DNA from: Candidatus Kaiserbacteria bacterium RIFCSPHIGHO2_02_FULL_55_25
GTDB lineage: Bacteria; Patescibacteriota; Minisyncoccia; Phycocordibacterales; UBA2100
DNA: 52,679 nt
Assembly: GCA_001781335.1 (NCBI GenBank)
Contig: MFLL01000010.1
Span: 1-52,679, forward strand
Direction of reading: 5' to 3'
The translations under genes and the position numbers were made by a program. Of this stretch, positions 25,554 through 34,596 are shown piece after piece (position 1 is the first letter of the stretch; each line of letters opens with the position of its first letter). Under the pieces are notes generated by a model. It had not been told where the DNA came from. It saw only the letters and a program-made list of their open reading frames with translations, and searched no databases.

Positions 25554-26051
25554 ATGAAGCCAACGACTTTGCGGAGCGCGCTTTTCCTGCGCAACCTTAT
25601 CTTTGGCGTCGAGGACGGGCTCGTCTCCACGGTGGGTCTGCTCTCCGGCATCGCCATCGCCGGCGTGGACCGCGAAACCATTTTTCTCACGGGGGTGGTA
25701 CTTATTTTTGTAGAGGCGTTCTCGATGGCCGCCGGCAGTTTCCTCTCGGAGGCGTCAGTCGAAGAAATGGGCGGGGGAGTTGACGATACCCGCGGTTCGG
25801 TTGCGGCGGGGGCGGTCATGTTTTTCTCATACTTCGCGGCGGGCATCATCCCGCTCTTTCCGTACATCTTCTTCAGCGTCGCGACGGCATTCGCCACGTC
25901 GGTCGGGTGCTCTATTCTCGCGCTATTTATACTCGGATATTGGAGCGGGAGGGAAACGAAGGCCGTCTGGCGCAAATCGTTGCGGATGGGACTCGTCGGC
26001 GGTCTTGCAATAGTAGTGGGCGCGCTCGCGGGCACGTTTGTGCACTTGTAG
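25554..26051 (+). CDS. VIT1/CCC1-family (Fe/Mn) transporter
   Basis: LRNLIFGVEDGLVSTVGLLSGIA N-terminal signature, with five hydrophobic helices. Confidence 0.8.
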   Translation: MKPTTLRSALFLRNLIFGVEDGLVSTVGLLSGIAIAGVDRETIFLTGVVLIFVEAFSMAAGSFLSEASVEEMGGGVDDTRGSVAAGAVMFFSYFAAGIIPLFPYIFFSVATAFATSVGCSILALFILGYWSGRETKAVWRKSLRMGLVGGLAIVVGALAGTFVHL

Positions 26052-26090
26052 GGAGTGTCGCTTTTTTGACGTTGACGGCAATAAAGAATG

Positions 26091-26116
26091 CGGGCCGCCC
26101 TGTGAGGGGCGGCCCG
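26091..26116. terminator. bidirectional stem-loop between convergent genes
   Basis: cgggccgccc-tgtgag-gggcggcccg, followed by tcgttt. Confidence 0.6.
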
Positions 26117-26123
26117 TCGTTTA

Positions 26124-26864
26124 CTAATGTGCGAAGGCGATGCCGTTGCGCAGTTTGCGTCTGATTTCCCAGAGCACAAGAATTATCGCCTTGCGAAGCT
26201 TCTCGAGTCCGTGTCGGTGCAGGAGCGGTAGCACGAACTGGATAACGTCGTCGATTTTTCGTCCGAGCCTTTTTGCGCTGCGTTTCCACAGAGTCAAAAG
26301 GTTGTCGAGCACGTCCACACCCTTGTTCTCGACATCTTCCTTCGACGCGAGACCAAGTAGGCGATAGAACTCACGCTCGCTATCTCGCTTCGACATGCCT
26401 CGCTTTTGCACGGGTTTTGTCATGTGGCGGACGCGGTTCTCCGTGTCGCCACCGAATCGTGCGCCGATGCGCTCGAGTGTCCACTTCTTCCGGAATGTCT
26501 CCGACAGGTCGTGGAGAAATTCGCCGGCGATGCGACATGGGTCGCGCGCGCCACAGAATATCCAGAGAATCAGTGCGCAGCGGAAGGCGTGCCTGAATTC
26601 ACGCTCACCGCTGTGCCGGCGCCGGTCGCCCATCTCGCGCTTGGCAGTATCGTGCGCATCGAGAATGTGCTTGTACCCATAGCTACCCGGGACGTGCTCA
26701 CTCTGAATCAACGCGATGAGCCCTTCACGGTCGGTGATGACACCGAGAAAACTCAATTCATCACGCAACTGTTCCGGCATATTCATCTGATTGACGATAG
26801 TGCGGGCCTGCGGCCCGTACTTCCGATAGCGGGCGCTTCTCACGCCCGCACTTAAGCGGGGCAT
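26124..26864 (-). CDS. HD-domain protein, SpoT/Mesh1-like (p)ppGpp-hydrolase fold suspected
   Basis: RHAFRCALIL...ARDPCRIAGEFLHDLSETF...ERIGARFGGDTENRVRHMTK...VDVLDNLLTLW resembles the H..HD..ED / KLADRLHN pattern. Strong SD GGGAGG 5 nt before the ATG. Confidence 0.45.
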   Translation of the reverse strand: MPRLSAGVRSARYRKYGPQARTIVNQMNMPEQLRDELSFLGVITDREGLIALIQSEHVPGSYGYKHILDAHDTAKREMGDRRRHSGEREFRHAFRCALILWIFCGARDPCRIAGEFLHDLSETFRKKWTLERIGARFGGDTENRVRHMTKPVQKRGMSKRDSEREFYRLLGLASKEDVENKGVDVLDNLLTLWKRSAKRLGRKIDDVIQFVLPLLHRHGLEKLRKAIILVLWEIRRKLRNGIAFAH

Positions 26865-26929
26865 GAGAGCCTCCCTAACACTCGTTAAACTGCAGCGACC
26901 ATATCATCGCTGCTCACACGAGGCAAGAA

Positions 26930-27463
26930 CTAGGCGGCGTTGGTGTAGACGTTTTCCACATCGTCATGCGCGTCGATTTTTTCGAGAACTTCCATGAGCT
27001 TCGCACTATCTGTGTCGGAGAGCGGTACGGTCGTCTTGGGCACGTAGCCCTCCTCGATACTTTTTTCAAATGCCCACATGGCCGAGCCCGGCGCGGCGAG
27101 TGTGAGACCGTTTTCAGTAAGTAAGTGTTTTATTTCCTGCGCCGTTCTGTTGCGGCTATCAGTGAGTGCTTCAATGAGAATGGCCGCGCCACCCGGCCCG
27201 TATGTTTCGTAGGTGATTGATTCGAGCGATGCCGCATCGGCCGAAATGCCTTTTGCGACGGCGCGCTCGATAGTGTCTTTGGGCATGTTGGTTTTCTTGG
27301 CGGTCTCGATGATGGCGCGAAGTCCGGGAAGGGTGATGTCTCCGCCGGCTTTCTTGCTCTCTACTGCGATGCGCCGCCCGAGTTTGCCCCAGAGATTGCT
27401 CTTGGCCGCGTCGGCCGCACCTTTCTGTCGTTTGATTTGCGCCCATTTGTTGTGACCTGACAT
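26930..27463 (-). CDS. yebC: YebC/PmpR-family protein, short (177 aa) variant
   Basis: MSGHNKWAQIKRQKGAADAAKS...YETYGPGGAAILIEALTDSRNRTAQEIK...DDVENVYTN. Confidence 0.88.
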   Translation of the reverse strand: MSGHNKWAQIKRQKGAADAAKSNLWGKLGRRIAVESKKAGGDITLPGLRAIIETAKKTNMPKDTIERAVAKGISADAASLESITYETYGPGGAAILIEALTDSRNRTAQEIKHLLTENGLTLAAPGSAMWAFEKSIEEGYVPKTTVPLSDTDSAKLMEVLEKIDAHDDVENVYTNAA

Positions 27464-27505
27464 TTGAACAGTTTATAGTTTTTAGTTGATAGTGGATAGG
27501 GGATG

Positions 27506-27541
27506 TACAAAACGAATCAGCGGCTCCGTGAAGCCGCTGAT
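27506..27541 (-). terminator. intrinsic terminator of the 27558..27950 gene
   Basis: Stem atcagcggct/agccgctgat with a 6-nt loop, followed on the minus strand by ttcgttttgt. Confidence 0.65.
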
Positions 27542-27557
27542 AACAAGTCTGAACAAC

Positions 27558-27950
27558 TTATGCCGTGGCGATGTTGACGCCGGGAGAGTTCGCATCCCAC
27601 ACCGCGAGCACGCTCTTGCTGAACTCGCTCTTGGGCGAGCGTGCCAGTGCGTGTTTGACCGCCTCATCCCAATCCTCCACCGTACCCGGCCGGATGTTGA
27701 GGTAGAGAGCGAGCCAGTCGACCGAGGACCGCAGCTTCCGGTGACGACGGGTGATATGGATGACGCCCTGTTGCAGCAAGAAATTCGGTTTGCACCCATC
27801 CGTGCCCGACAGGTGCGAGCGCGTGAGTTTCATCCGGTGGATCAAATCGTCCTCGATTCTCTTGAGCACAATCTTTTGCGTGCGGGTCAATTCCTGCAAC
27901 GCGTCCTCGTGCCGCCGGTTTGCGGTGGAGAGAGAGGTGGTGTCACTCAT
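27558..27950 (-). CDS. hypothetical protein, 130 aa
   Basis: Strong SD AGGAGGA 8 nt before the ATG and its own terminator. No family recognised. Confidence 0.6.
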   Translation of the reverse strand: MSDTTSLSTANRRHEDALQELTRTQKIVLKRIEDDLIHRMKLTRSHLSGTDGCKPNFLLQQGVIHITRRHRKLRSSVDWLALYLNIRPGTVEDWDEAVKHALARSPKSEFSKSVLAVWDANSPGVNIATA

Positions 27951-28337
27951 CTTCGCATTCCTCCTGAAGCTACAGGCATCCTATACATCAGTTTCAAGTC
28001 ATGCAACATATGCACTTTTTGCACACCCTTTATGCACATAGTTATCCACCTACTTATACAGCGGTTTTCCACTGAAACGCGATAGTTGCGTTCATCGGTG
28101 ATTCAAACGGAAGTTTTATACTCTACGGACTGATGCGCTTTACCGTGCGTCGGTCGTTCTCAAGGGGGCGGTGGCAACATCGAGAATCCCGGAAAACAGT
28201 TCCCAGAGTATATCGGAGCGTACGTTCCGAGACAGTGCGGGAATCGTCGGCTAGAGCACAGAGGTGTCGGGCGCGCAGCGAGGAGATCATATCGATTTGC
28301 TCCGGACCTAGCACTTACTCGAAATAGCCGTGAACGC

Positions 28338-28363
28338 AAAAGCCTCCCGCAAGGGAGGCTTTT
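28338..28363 (+). terminator. intrinsic terminator with GCAA tetraloop in an ORF-poor region
   Basis: aaa-agcctccc-gcaa-gggaggct-ttt. A-tract before and T-tract after, so it could act in both directions. Confidence 0.65.
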
Positions 28364-28485
28364 GTGCGAGACCCACGAGCCGCTCTCGCGACTCGCAAGT
28401 GTTTACCGTGCGCACCCCCATTGTACGCGCTCAATTTCCAATTTTGTTTCTTATCCACATAAAGGCGTATGTTTGTTCATCGGCG

Positions 28486-28513
28486 TTGACAGCAATTTGT
28501 GCCGGCATACTCT
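28486..28513 (+). promoter_or_regulatory. candidate promoter TTGACA-16 nt-TACTCT for the 28545 gene
   Basis: Consensus -35 at 28486-28491, weak -10 at 28508-28513. A perfect DnaA-box 9-mer TTATCCACA sits at 28451-28459. Confidence 0.35.
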
Positions 28514-28544
28514 GTGCTCAGGACCCTCAGTTGCGGAGGACGCA

Positions 28545-29057
28545 ATGAATACTCCAGCGCCAAAAGAATACCCACTTTTGCCTGAGACAGCGAGCCACGT
28601 ATTTCAATTTCTGCGCACGGAAGCAGAGAAAAATGTCCGCGTTCCGCTACCGAATCTGTACGGGCTTTCGGATCGCGAACTGGCCGAAGCCCTCATCAGA
28701 GAGGCGAGTCATGCGACGCTTCTCAATCCGACGCTGATTACGCAGGATTCATACGAAGACCGTCTATATTCTGTGTTTACGGCGGTTCGCGCGCGGCTCG
28801 CCGGCAAGAAACCGCCGCTCCAAGAGGGTGACGAGGTCGTTCTCGAACAATGGCAGGGGGACATTCGCGAGCTCGAAGAGGGTCAAACGTATTTCGTACA
28901 ACGCATCCTTTTCCGGTATATGGAAATCAGCAGCGCGGAACCGGACTGGGAAGTGAACGTTAGCTTGGACGAGGCAGGCGAGCAAGCTCCAGGTGGCGGT
29001 TTCGCGAATTACGACGCACGTCTATTTAAGAAAGTGACGCAAAAAGCGGCGGCGTAA
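28545..29057 (+). CDS. hypothetical protein, 170 aa
   Basis: ATG at 28545 preceded by GGAGGA (28535-28540). The track start at 28362 lies inside the terminator hairpin. No family recognised. Confidence 0.6.
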   Translation: MNTPAPKEYPLLPETASHVFQFLRTEAEKNVRVPLPNLYGLSDRELAEALIREASHATLLNPTLITQDSYEDRLYSVFTAVRARLAGKKPPLQEGDEVVLEQWQGDIRELEEGQTYFVQRILFRYMEISSAEPDWEVNVSLDEAGEQAPGGGFANYDARLFKKVTQKAAA

Positions 29058-29079
29058 GGTGCGTGATTTGTTAAAATGT

Positions 29080-29105
29080 AACGGCGCGAGCAATCGCGCC
29101 GTTTT
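29080..29105. terminator. bidirectional intrinsic terminator with GCAA tetraloop
   Basis: aacggcgcga-gcaa-tcgcgccgtt-tt, between convergent genes. Confidence 0.7.
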
Positions 29106-29131
29106 GCTATACGAGTTTTTCTTGCGCGATG

Positions 29132-29518
29132 TTACTGCGCGGGCGCGGGTTGTTTCAGTAGTTTCATATAGAGCACGGTCGCAACGGGGCTGAAAAAGAC
29201 GATCGCATACGCAATCCATACATATGATGTGAGGAAGGGACCGAATCCCGCGGTCGGGGCCACGTACAGCGCGTCGAGCAGTGCGTGCAGACTCACCCAT
29301 CCCGCACCGCACAGAAGCGCTGTTTGGGGCGAGACGATATCGAGCGCGCGCGTCGCGGCGGCGATTGCGATACCCGTCACGACGTAGCTTGCAATCTGGG
29401 CGCCCCAGCCGTAGTTCATGCCGTACGCGGCAAGCAGTGACCACAGCATGAAGATAGTGGCGTAGGCGAAGAAGCCGTACAATAGAAAGCGAGTATACGA
29501 AACCCCCTGCATATGCAA
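29132..29518 (-). CDS. small 4-TM membrane protein, paralogue of 31785..32165
   Basis: Shared pattern FMLWSL..YG..YG..AQ..SYVVT with the second copy. Four hydrophobic helices. Confidence 0.7.
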   Translation of the reverse strand: MHMQGVSYTRFLLYGFFAYATIFMLWSLLAAYGMNYGWGAQIASYVVTGIAIAAATRALDIVSPQTALLCGAGWVSLHALLDALYVAPTAGFGPFLTSYVWIAYAIVFFSPVATVLYMKLLKQPAPAQ

Positions 29519-29542
29519 ATTCTACCACCCAATCAGTAGTAT

Positions 29543-31792
29543 ATGTCGTTTCAAGAATCTTCGCGCTGGGTACTCGTCGCCGTTTTTCTCGTAGCGGGAC
29601 AATGGGCGCTCTCTTTCCCCGTGCAACAACAGCCGTCCGCGCTCTTGGCGCAAGCGGCGAAACCCGTAGTTTGTCAGGACAAGAAAGGAGCGGTAACCGT
29701 CGAAGAAGAGTGTAAGCCGGGTTGTGAATATTTGGTGCGGCCGAGCTATACCAAGCAGGAGTCCGTGGATGTCCTCGCGTCGGTCTCGGACCCCACGGGC
29801 AAACTGCCCGGCACGGTGAAGTACAGAGACGGCAAGGGAACCATCATAATGATTTGCGACGGGACGGTGGGAAAGTCGCTCGAAAATCATACGGGAGCTC
29901 TACAGTCGGGAACGCCTCTTCAGCCGCAAGGGCAACTTCTTCCATCCGGCCCGACAGCGACGCTTCTTCCGTCGGGTCAGACGGGTCAAATCGACTCCGC
30001 CTTCTCGGGCTCCGGTGGATATACGCCGACTCCGCTTGAATATCGAGAATCAGTTCCGAGTGATTTTTTCGGCGTGAAGCCATCGGGCTCGCTCGGAGCC
30101 GCGCCCAATCCCGCCGTGAGTTTCGACGGCTTCCTCGGGGGGAACTACTGTCTCGGGCAGTTTTGTCCCGTAGAAGGAGAGGGAGTTCAACGGAACTCCG
30201 ATGCGTTGCCGAATGACGGAAACCTGAATGGGAATACGTTTGGAAACGTCGCCGAAATAAATTCCTCTCGCATTCCGCAAAACGTCGGCATAGAAAACGC
30301 GCTCATCGCGGACAGGGCGCGCCTCAACATGTCCAACGACTTGAGAATATATTCCGCCGCGCAGGAGTGGAGCGGCTTTCAGCAGAGCGGACGGTTGGAT
30401 GAACCGTTGTACGTAGGCGTCGACGGTGAGCGTACGGTCGCGCAATCAATCAATGCGGCCGTCCGCGACTATGCACAGCAGGACGTCGGCTATGCCGTAG
30501 CGGAGGTGACCGGAGAAACCGCCGTGGGCGAGCAGGGTGTGCTTATTTCGTACACAAAAGACGCAGTGCTCGCGCGCGACCCGTACGACGGCTCACTTTT
30601 GTTCGCTGATGCCAAAGACCAGTTACCGGTTCTCTACACCGCAGACGGACAGGCGGTGCCGACATCAAATCAGTCCGGAGAGTGGTTGGGGGTGATGAAG
30701 GAGAGAATTCAGACTCCGGCGGAGTTGCGGGAATTTGAGAGGGCATATACTGGAACCTATTCGGCGGTATTTACGCCCGCTGATATCAAGGTTCCCGGAT
30801 TGAAACTCGATATGTTACCCGACGATGTGAGGAATACGTTCGACAGTCTCGCGAGATGGGACGGCAATGGTCCGGAGTCGATGGGTGCATCCAATGACGT
30901 GATAATACGCAGCTTAGACGGTGAGGAAAAGTTGCGGATATCGGACGATGTATACCGTGCGATGCAAGCGCACGAGAACGAGGTGTATGGAATTGATGCG
31001 GCCGCGCATCGTATCGAGCGCGACACGCAAGGCAAAATGAGTTTGGACATTTCCAGTCTTCCACACGAGACAAATGTCGGGGGCTTGCTTGCTCCCGAAT
31101 ACGCGCTCGTGCCGCTGCCCGGCGAACTACGGGCGTGGACGGCAGGCGCTATTGAAACCGAGCTGGGCAAATATCCGCCGGAGTATTGGGAAAACGCAAA
31201 CAAAGGCGCGATATACGACTATATGCCGCGTCCCGATATGCAGGGTGTGGTACGGGAGGGCGGACATGCGACCCTTCCCGGGGACCCGAAGGCGCATATT
31301 TATCTCAATGGCTTAAATACCGGTGCCGGTGTTGCAGTAATCCTTAACCACGAACTTGCGCACTACAACAATGACAAGACTTTTGTGTCGGACGAGATAT
31401 TCGGTACCCGTGTGTACGGGCCCGCATACGGGATGTCGTACGCGGGCTCCAGCGGGTACGAAGCCATCACGTCGGGGAAGTTTGACATTGGCCGTCCGGA
31501 TGGATTCACCGCCAGTTACGGCTATCGCGGCGGCGTGCAGGAAGATAAAGCGAGCATCGCGGAAGCCATGTTCACCAATTATTCTGTCGTTCAGCAGGCG
31601 ATGCAGACGGACCCCATTCTTGCGCACAAAGTTCAGCTTCTCCAAAGCGGGTTTGAAAAAAGTACGAACGGCGTCATGAATGAGGCCTACTGGCAGAACT
31701 TGAGACCGATTGACCCGTGGTATCAGCTCCCGCCTGCAGTGTCGAGACCGAGCTTCTTGCGAACACTCATATCGAAGCTGTGGTTTAGATAA
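29543..31792 (+). CDS. large secreted protein with C-terminal HExxH (HELAH) metallopeptidase-like module, paralogue of 32180..34519
   Basis: Signal/TM WVLVAVFLVAGQWALS. HELAH at nt 31349-31363. N-terminal LLAQAAKP...GTVKYR and C-terminal YPPEYW...EAYWQNLRP are shared with the paralogue. Confidence 0.7.
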   Translation: MSFQESSRWVLVAVFLVAGQWALSFPVQQQPSALLAQAAKPVVCQDKKGAVTVEEECKPGCEYLVRPSYTKQESVDVLASVSDPTGKLPGTVKYRDGKGTIIMICDGTVGKSLENHTGALQSGTPLQPQGQLLPSGPTATLLPSGQTGQIDSAFSGSGGYTPTPLEYRESVPSDFFGVKPSGSLGAAPNPAVSFDGFLGGNYCLGQFCPVEGEGVQRNSDALPNDGNLNGNTFGNVAEINSSRIPQNVGIENALIADRARLNMSNDLRIYSAAQEWSGFQQSGRLDEPLYVGVDGERTVAQSINAAVRDYAQQDVGYAVAEVTGETAVGEQGVLISYTKDAVLARDPYDGSLLFADAKDQLPVLYTADGQAVPTSNQSGEWLGVMKERIQTPAELREFERAYTGTYSAVFTPADIKVPGLKLDMLPDDVRNTFDSLARWDGNGPESMGASNDVIIRSLDGEEKLRISDDVYRAMQAHENEVYGIDAAAHRIERDTQGKMSLDISSLPHETNVGGLLAPEYALVPLPGELRAWTAGAIETELGKYPPEYWENANKGAIYDYMPRPDMQGVVREGGHATLPGDPKAHIYLNGLNTGAGVAVILNHELAHYNNDKTFVSDEIFGTRVYGPAYGMSYAGSSGYEAITSGKFDIGRPDGFTASYGYRGGVQEDKASIAEAMFTNYSVVQQAMQTDPILAHKVQLLQSGFEKSTNGVMNEAYWQNLRPIDPWYQLPPAVSRPSFLRTLISKLWFR

Positions 31793-32165
31793 CGTGCCTC
31801 GGCGCAATCAGCTCCGTAGCCGCCGTCACAATAATCGGCGCAAGAAGAATGATGCCGTAACTGATGAAATTGAATGACGTGAGCAGAGATTCAAATCCGG
31901 CGACGGGGACGACGAACACGACGTCGAGCACGATATACACGAGAGTCCAACACACTCCGTACATCCATGCGTTTGCGTTTGTCGCGCCGACAAATCTCGT
32001 CGCAAAGAATGTCGCGAGCGCGGTTACCACATAACTCACGAGTTGCGCGTTTATCCCGTACGCCGCACCATACGTCGTCATCAAAGACCACAACATAAAT
32101 ACACTCGCGTAGATAATAAATCCCGTAGCTATTAAATATTTGTAGTTGACCCGCATACCATCCAA
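31785..32165 (-). CDS. small 4-TM membrane protein, paralogue of 29132..29518
   Basis: See 29132..29518. The 3' end overlaps the end of the upstream large gene by 8 nt (convergent). Confidence 0.7.
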   Translation of the reverse strand: MDGMRVNYKYLIATGFIIYASVFMLWSLMTTYGAAYGINAQLVSYVVTALATFFATRFVGATNANAWMYGVCWTLVYIVLDVVFVVPVAGFESLLTSFNFISYGIILLAPIIVTAATELIAPRHVI

Positions 32166-32179
32166 TATACCATTGCCTC

Positions 32180-34519
32180 ATGAAGCGCCCCGGGTCGGGA
32201 GGGACATCTGCAATTTTTCTTGCCGCATCGGCGATGCTTTTCATCTCCGGTGCCGTGCTTCTTACCCATCCGCCCGCACCGGTATCGGGGTCCGACCCGG
32301 CGCGACTCGTAGCGCAAGCAGCCGCACCGTCGGGTTCATCGAGCATGATAACGAAAGGTGTCCTCGAGTCACCCTGCGAGAACGGTTACGTGTATGAAAT
32401 TCAAACCGCACCCAAGGATTCCAAGGAACCGTTCGTGATAAAGCGGTCGCTCAATCCCGACGACCCGGACAAACGATGGTCCGGCACCGTGAAGTACAGG
32501 AGACCGCCGACGACACCCGGCGGTAAGGCGACCATCATCACTCTGGCGTGCAGGGATAAGGTTGCCGACATGATAAAGCTAACGCGAGATGTCACAAATC
32601 TCGGATCAGGACCGAAGTTGTCGTACAGCGATTTTGCCGTCGATTTCCCGATGGACCCGAGAAACACCGACCAGCTGACCTCGGTATTCACGCCACCGGC
32701 CAAAGACTCAAATACAGCCGTCGCTCCCGCCGGTAGCGGCGATAAGATTCCGGTCGTTGCAGGGGAACTACCTCCTGCTGGGCAGGCCGTACCACCCGCG
32801 AATAGCGAATTGTATGACCGGAACAATCAGGCCACCATCAATCCGTCTAAAGACCCCTTGGAATCCTCGTCTGAATGCCCGACGTGCGGAACAGGGGAGA
32901 AAAATGCGCAAAGGACACCCGCTCCGGCCGGCTTACCCTCTCCGGAATACGTAGCCGGTCTCAACAGTCGCATTTCCGGTGTCGCGACAGCCGCTCTCGA
33001 GAAAAACTCCGACGTTGTGGCTCTTGGCGGCGCGGATGTCGTCAAGGTGTGCGTCGCCGCACAAAATTGCCACGAGGTGACACCGAAGACCAAGGGGATC
33101 GAATCTTTTTTCGCGACCGGTGACGATATCAACGGGAAGTACTCGAAAATCGTTACCGACGCGACCTACACCGCCATCAAGAGTCAGGCTGGACTTGGAC
33201 TCGTTGACCGGCCGAATCAGGACATTACGCGCGCGCGGACCGACACCTCCGTCGCCGGCGGCGATATGTGGAAGAAGGGAGATTCTACCGGCGGGTGGCA
33301 GGCGCTCACGTTCAACAACCGCGATCCGGACCGTCCTCTGTTGATGTGGACGAACAACATGTTGCCGACCGACAAGACGGCATCCGATATCGTGGTGTTC
33401 AAAGGTGATGGTACCGGTGTCCCCGTCCGGACGAACGGCGAGCTGGTAAATCCGGGCGGATTCGTATCACAGTTAGAAGACAGATTTACGACACCGAAAA
33501 CGTACGACACGCTGTTCTCGGCCGTGGTCGGGACCAACAAATCGGAAAGTGACCGCGCCAATTTCAAATTGGCGGACCCTGCCTCACCCATTGGCGAGAG
33601 GACAGTCACGGTTGTCAACAACGACCGCACTTCGCTCGCGACACTTCCCGAACAGGCGTACAGCGCACTTCAGAATTGGGGTGACAAAGTGTACAAGAAC
33701 GATTTTCAGGGCCAACTCAAACTGGCATCGGCCGACAAGTTGTCGTTTGCCCCATCCGATGCGTTTCCCAAAGACATCGGATTCGACCAGAGGTTCGCGC
33801 CCGCTGCCGGGCTGACACCGCTTACACCGGACAGACGATATGAAAAGCAGGAAGCATTGTTGACCGCCGCCCAACGGTATACACCCGAGTACTGGGCAAG
33901 CCTCCGCGAACCTGCGGTGATTGCAGACTTCGGTAAAATTCCAAATGACGATCGGGTAAAAGCGGGAGCGTACACCTACCTTCAGCCCGGCAACCAAATT
34001 GTTTGGATAAACGGAAACTACAAAACCGAGTGGCTCGCTCAATCCTTTAACCATGAGACCCTGCATTTGGTGGAGGGGCTCAGGAGAAATAATCGTTTTT
34101 ATCCGACGGACAGTGACTGGGGAAACGCGATGTTTGGTGAGCAGTACGGAAAGGTATATGCAACGGAATCTGGAGTATCCTCTATTGCTTCGGCCGGAGG
34201 ATATGTCAACTGTACCGAATATGACCGGCCCGAGGGGTTTCCTTCGTGCTACGCGTATAGCGGCGGCCCCATGGAACACAAGGCCGAAATGCAGATGCTC
34301 ATCATGGGAAATTACAATCTCGCCTATCAGGAAGCGCAGAAAAATCCTTTTTTTAAAAAAGGATTTGACCTCATCATGCAGAGCCTATTCAAGGCGTCGA
34401 GTGGAACGATGACGGAGGAGTATCTGGCGTCACTGCGGCCCACTCTCACGTATACCGCGCTTCCAAAAATCAATATTCCGTTGACGACAAGGATTTTCAT
34501 GGGCATCAACAGGAGGTAG
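32180..34519 (+). CDS. large secreted protein with HExxH (HETLH) module, paralogue of 29543..31792
   Basis: TM AIFLAASAMLFISGAVLL. HETLH at nt 34052-34066. Shared LVAQAAAP, GTVKYR, YTPEYW, EEYLASLRP blocks. Confidence 0.7.
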   Translation: MKRPGSGGTSAIFLAASAMLFISGAVLLTHPPAPVSGSDPARLVAQAAAPSGSSSMITKGVLESPCENGYVYEIQTAPKDSKEPFVIKRSLNPDDPDKRWSGTVKYRRPPTTPGGKATIITLACRDKVADMIKLTRDVTNLGSGPKLSYSDFAVDFPMDPRNTDQLTSVFTPPAKDSNTAVAPAGSGDKIPVVAGELPPAGQAVPPANSELYDRNNQATINPSKDPLESSSECPTCGTGEKNAQRTPAPAGLPSPEYVAGLNSRISGVATAALEKNSDVVALGGADVVKVCVAAQNCHEVTPKTKGIESFFATGDDINGKYSKIVTDATYTAIKSQAGLGLVDRPNQDITRARTDTSVAGGDMWKKGDSTGGWQALTFNNRDPDRPLLMWTNNMLPTDKTASDIVVFKGDGTGVPVRTNGELVNPGGFVSQLEDRFTTPKTYDTLFSAVVGTNKSESDRANFKLADPASPIGERTVTVVNNDRTSLATLPEQAYSALQNWGDKVYKNDFQGQLKLASADKLSFAPSDAFPKDIGFDQRFAPAAGLTPLTPDRRYEKQEALLTAAQRYTPEYWASLREPAVIADFGKIPNDDRVKAGAYTYLQPGNQIVWINGNYKTEWLAQSFNHETLHLVEGLRRNNRFYPTDSDWGNAMFGEQYGKVYATESGVSSIASAGGYVNCTEYDRPEGFPSCYAYSGGPMEHKAEMQMLIMGNYNLAYQEAQKNPFFKKGFDLIMQSLFKASSGTMTEEYLASLRPTLTYTALPKINIPLTTRIFMGINRR

Positions 34520-34596
34520 TCCCGGGAGGCAGGACACACGTGCCTGCTGTAGATAACAAGACCATGCACTCATCGTGCGCGGTATGATGCGCGTGT

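Noticed and set aside
26930-27463. YebC at only 177 aa looked like a truncated pseudogene.
   Set aside because: The ORF runs from the canonical N-terminus (MSGHNKWAQIKRQK) to the canonical C-terminal DDVENVYTN without interruption. It simply lacks the middle insertion domain, so it is an intact short variant.
28042-28459. A second replication origin, suggested by the perfect and near-perfect DnaA-box 9-mers.
   Set aside because: There are only two boxes about 400 nt apart, with no AT-rich unwinding element. A single exact 9-mer on either strand is not improbable in about 53 kb. The dnaA-flanking spacers are far better origin candidates. The boxes are kept only as a note within the orphan-region finding.
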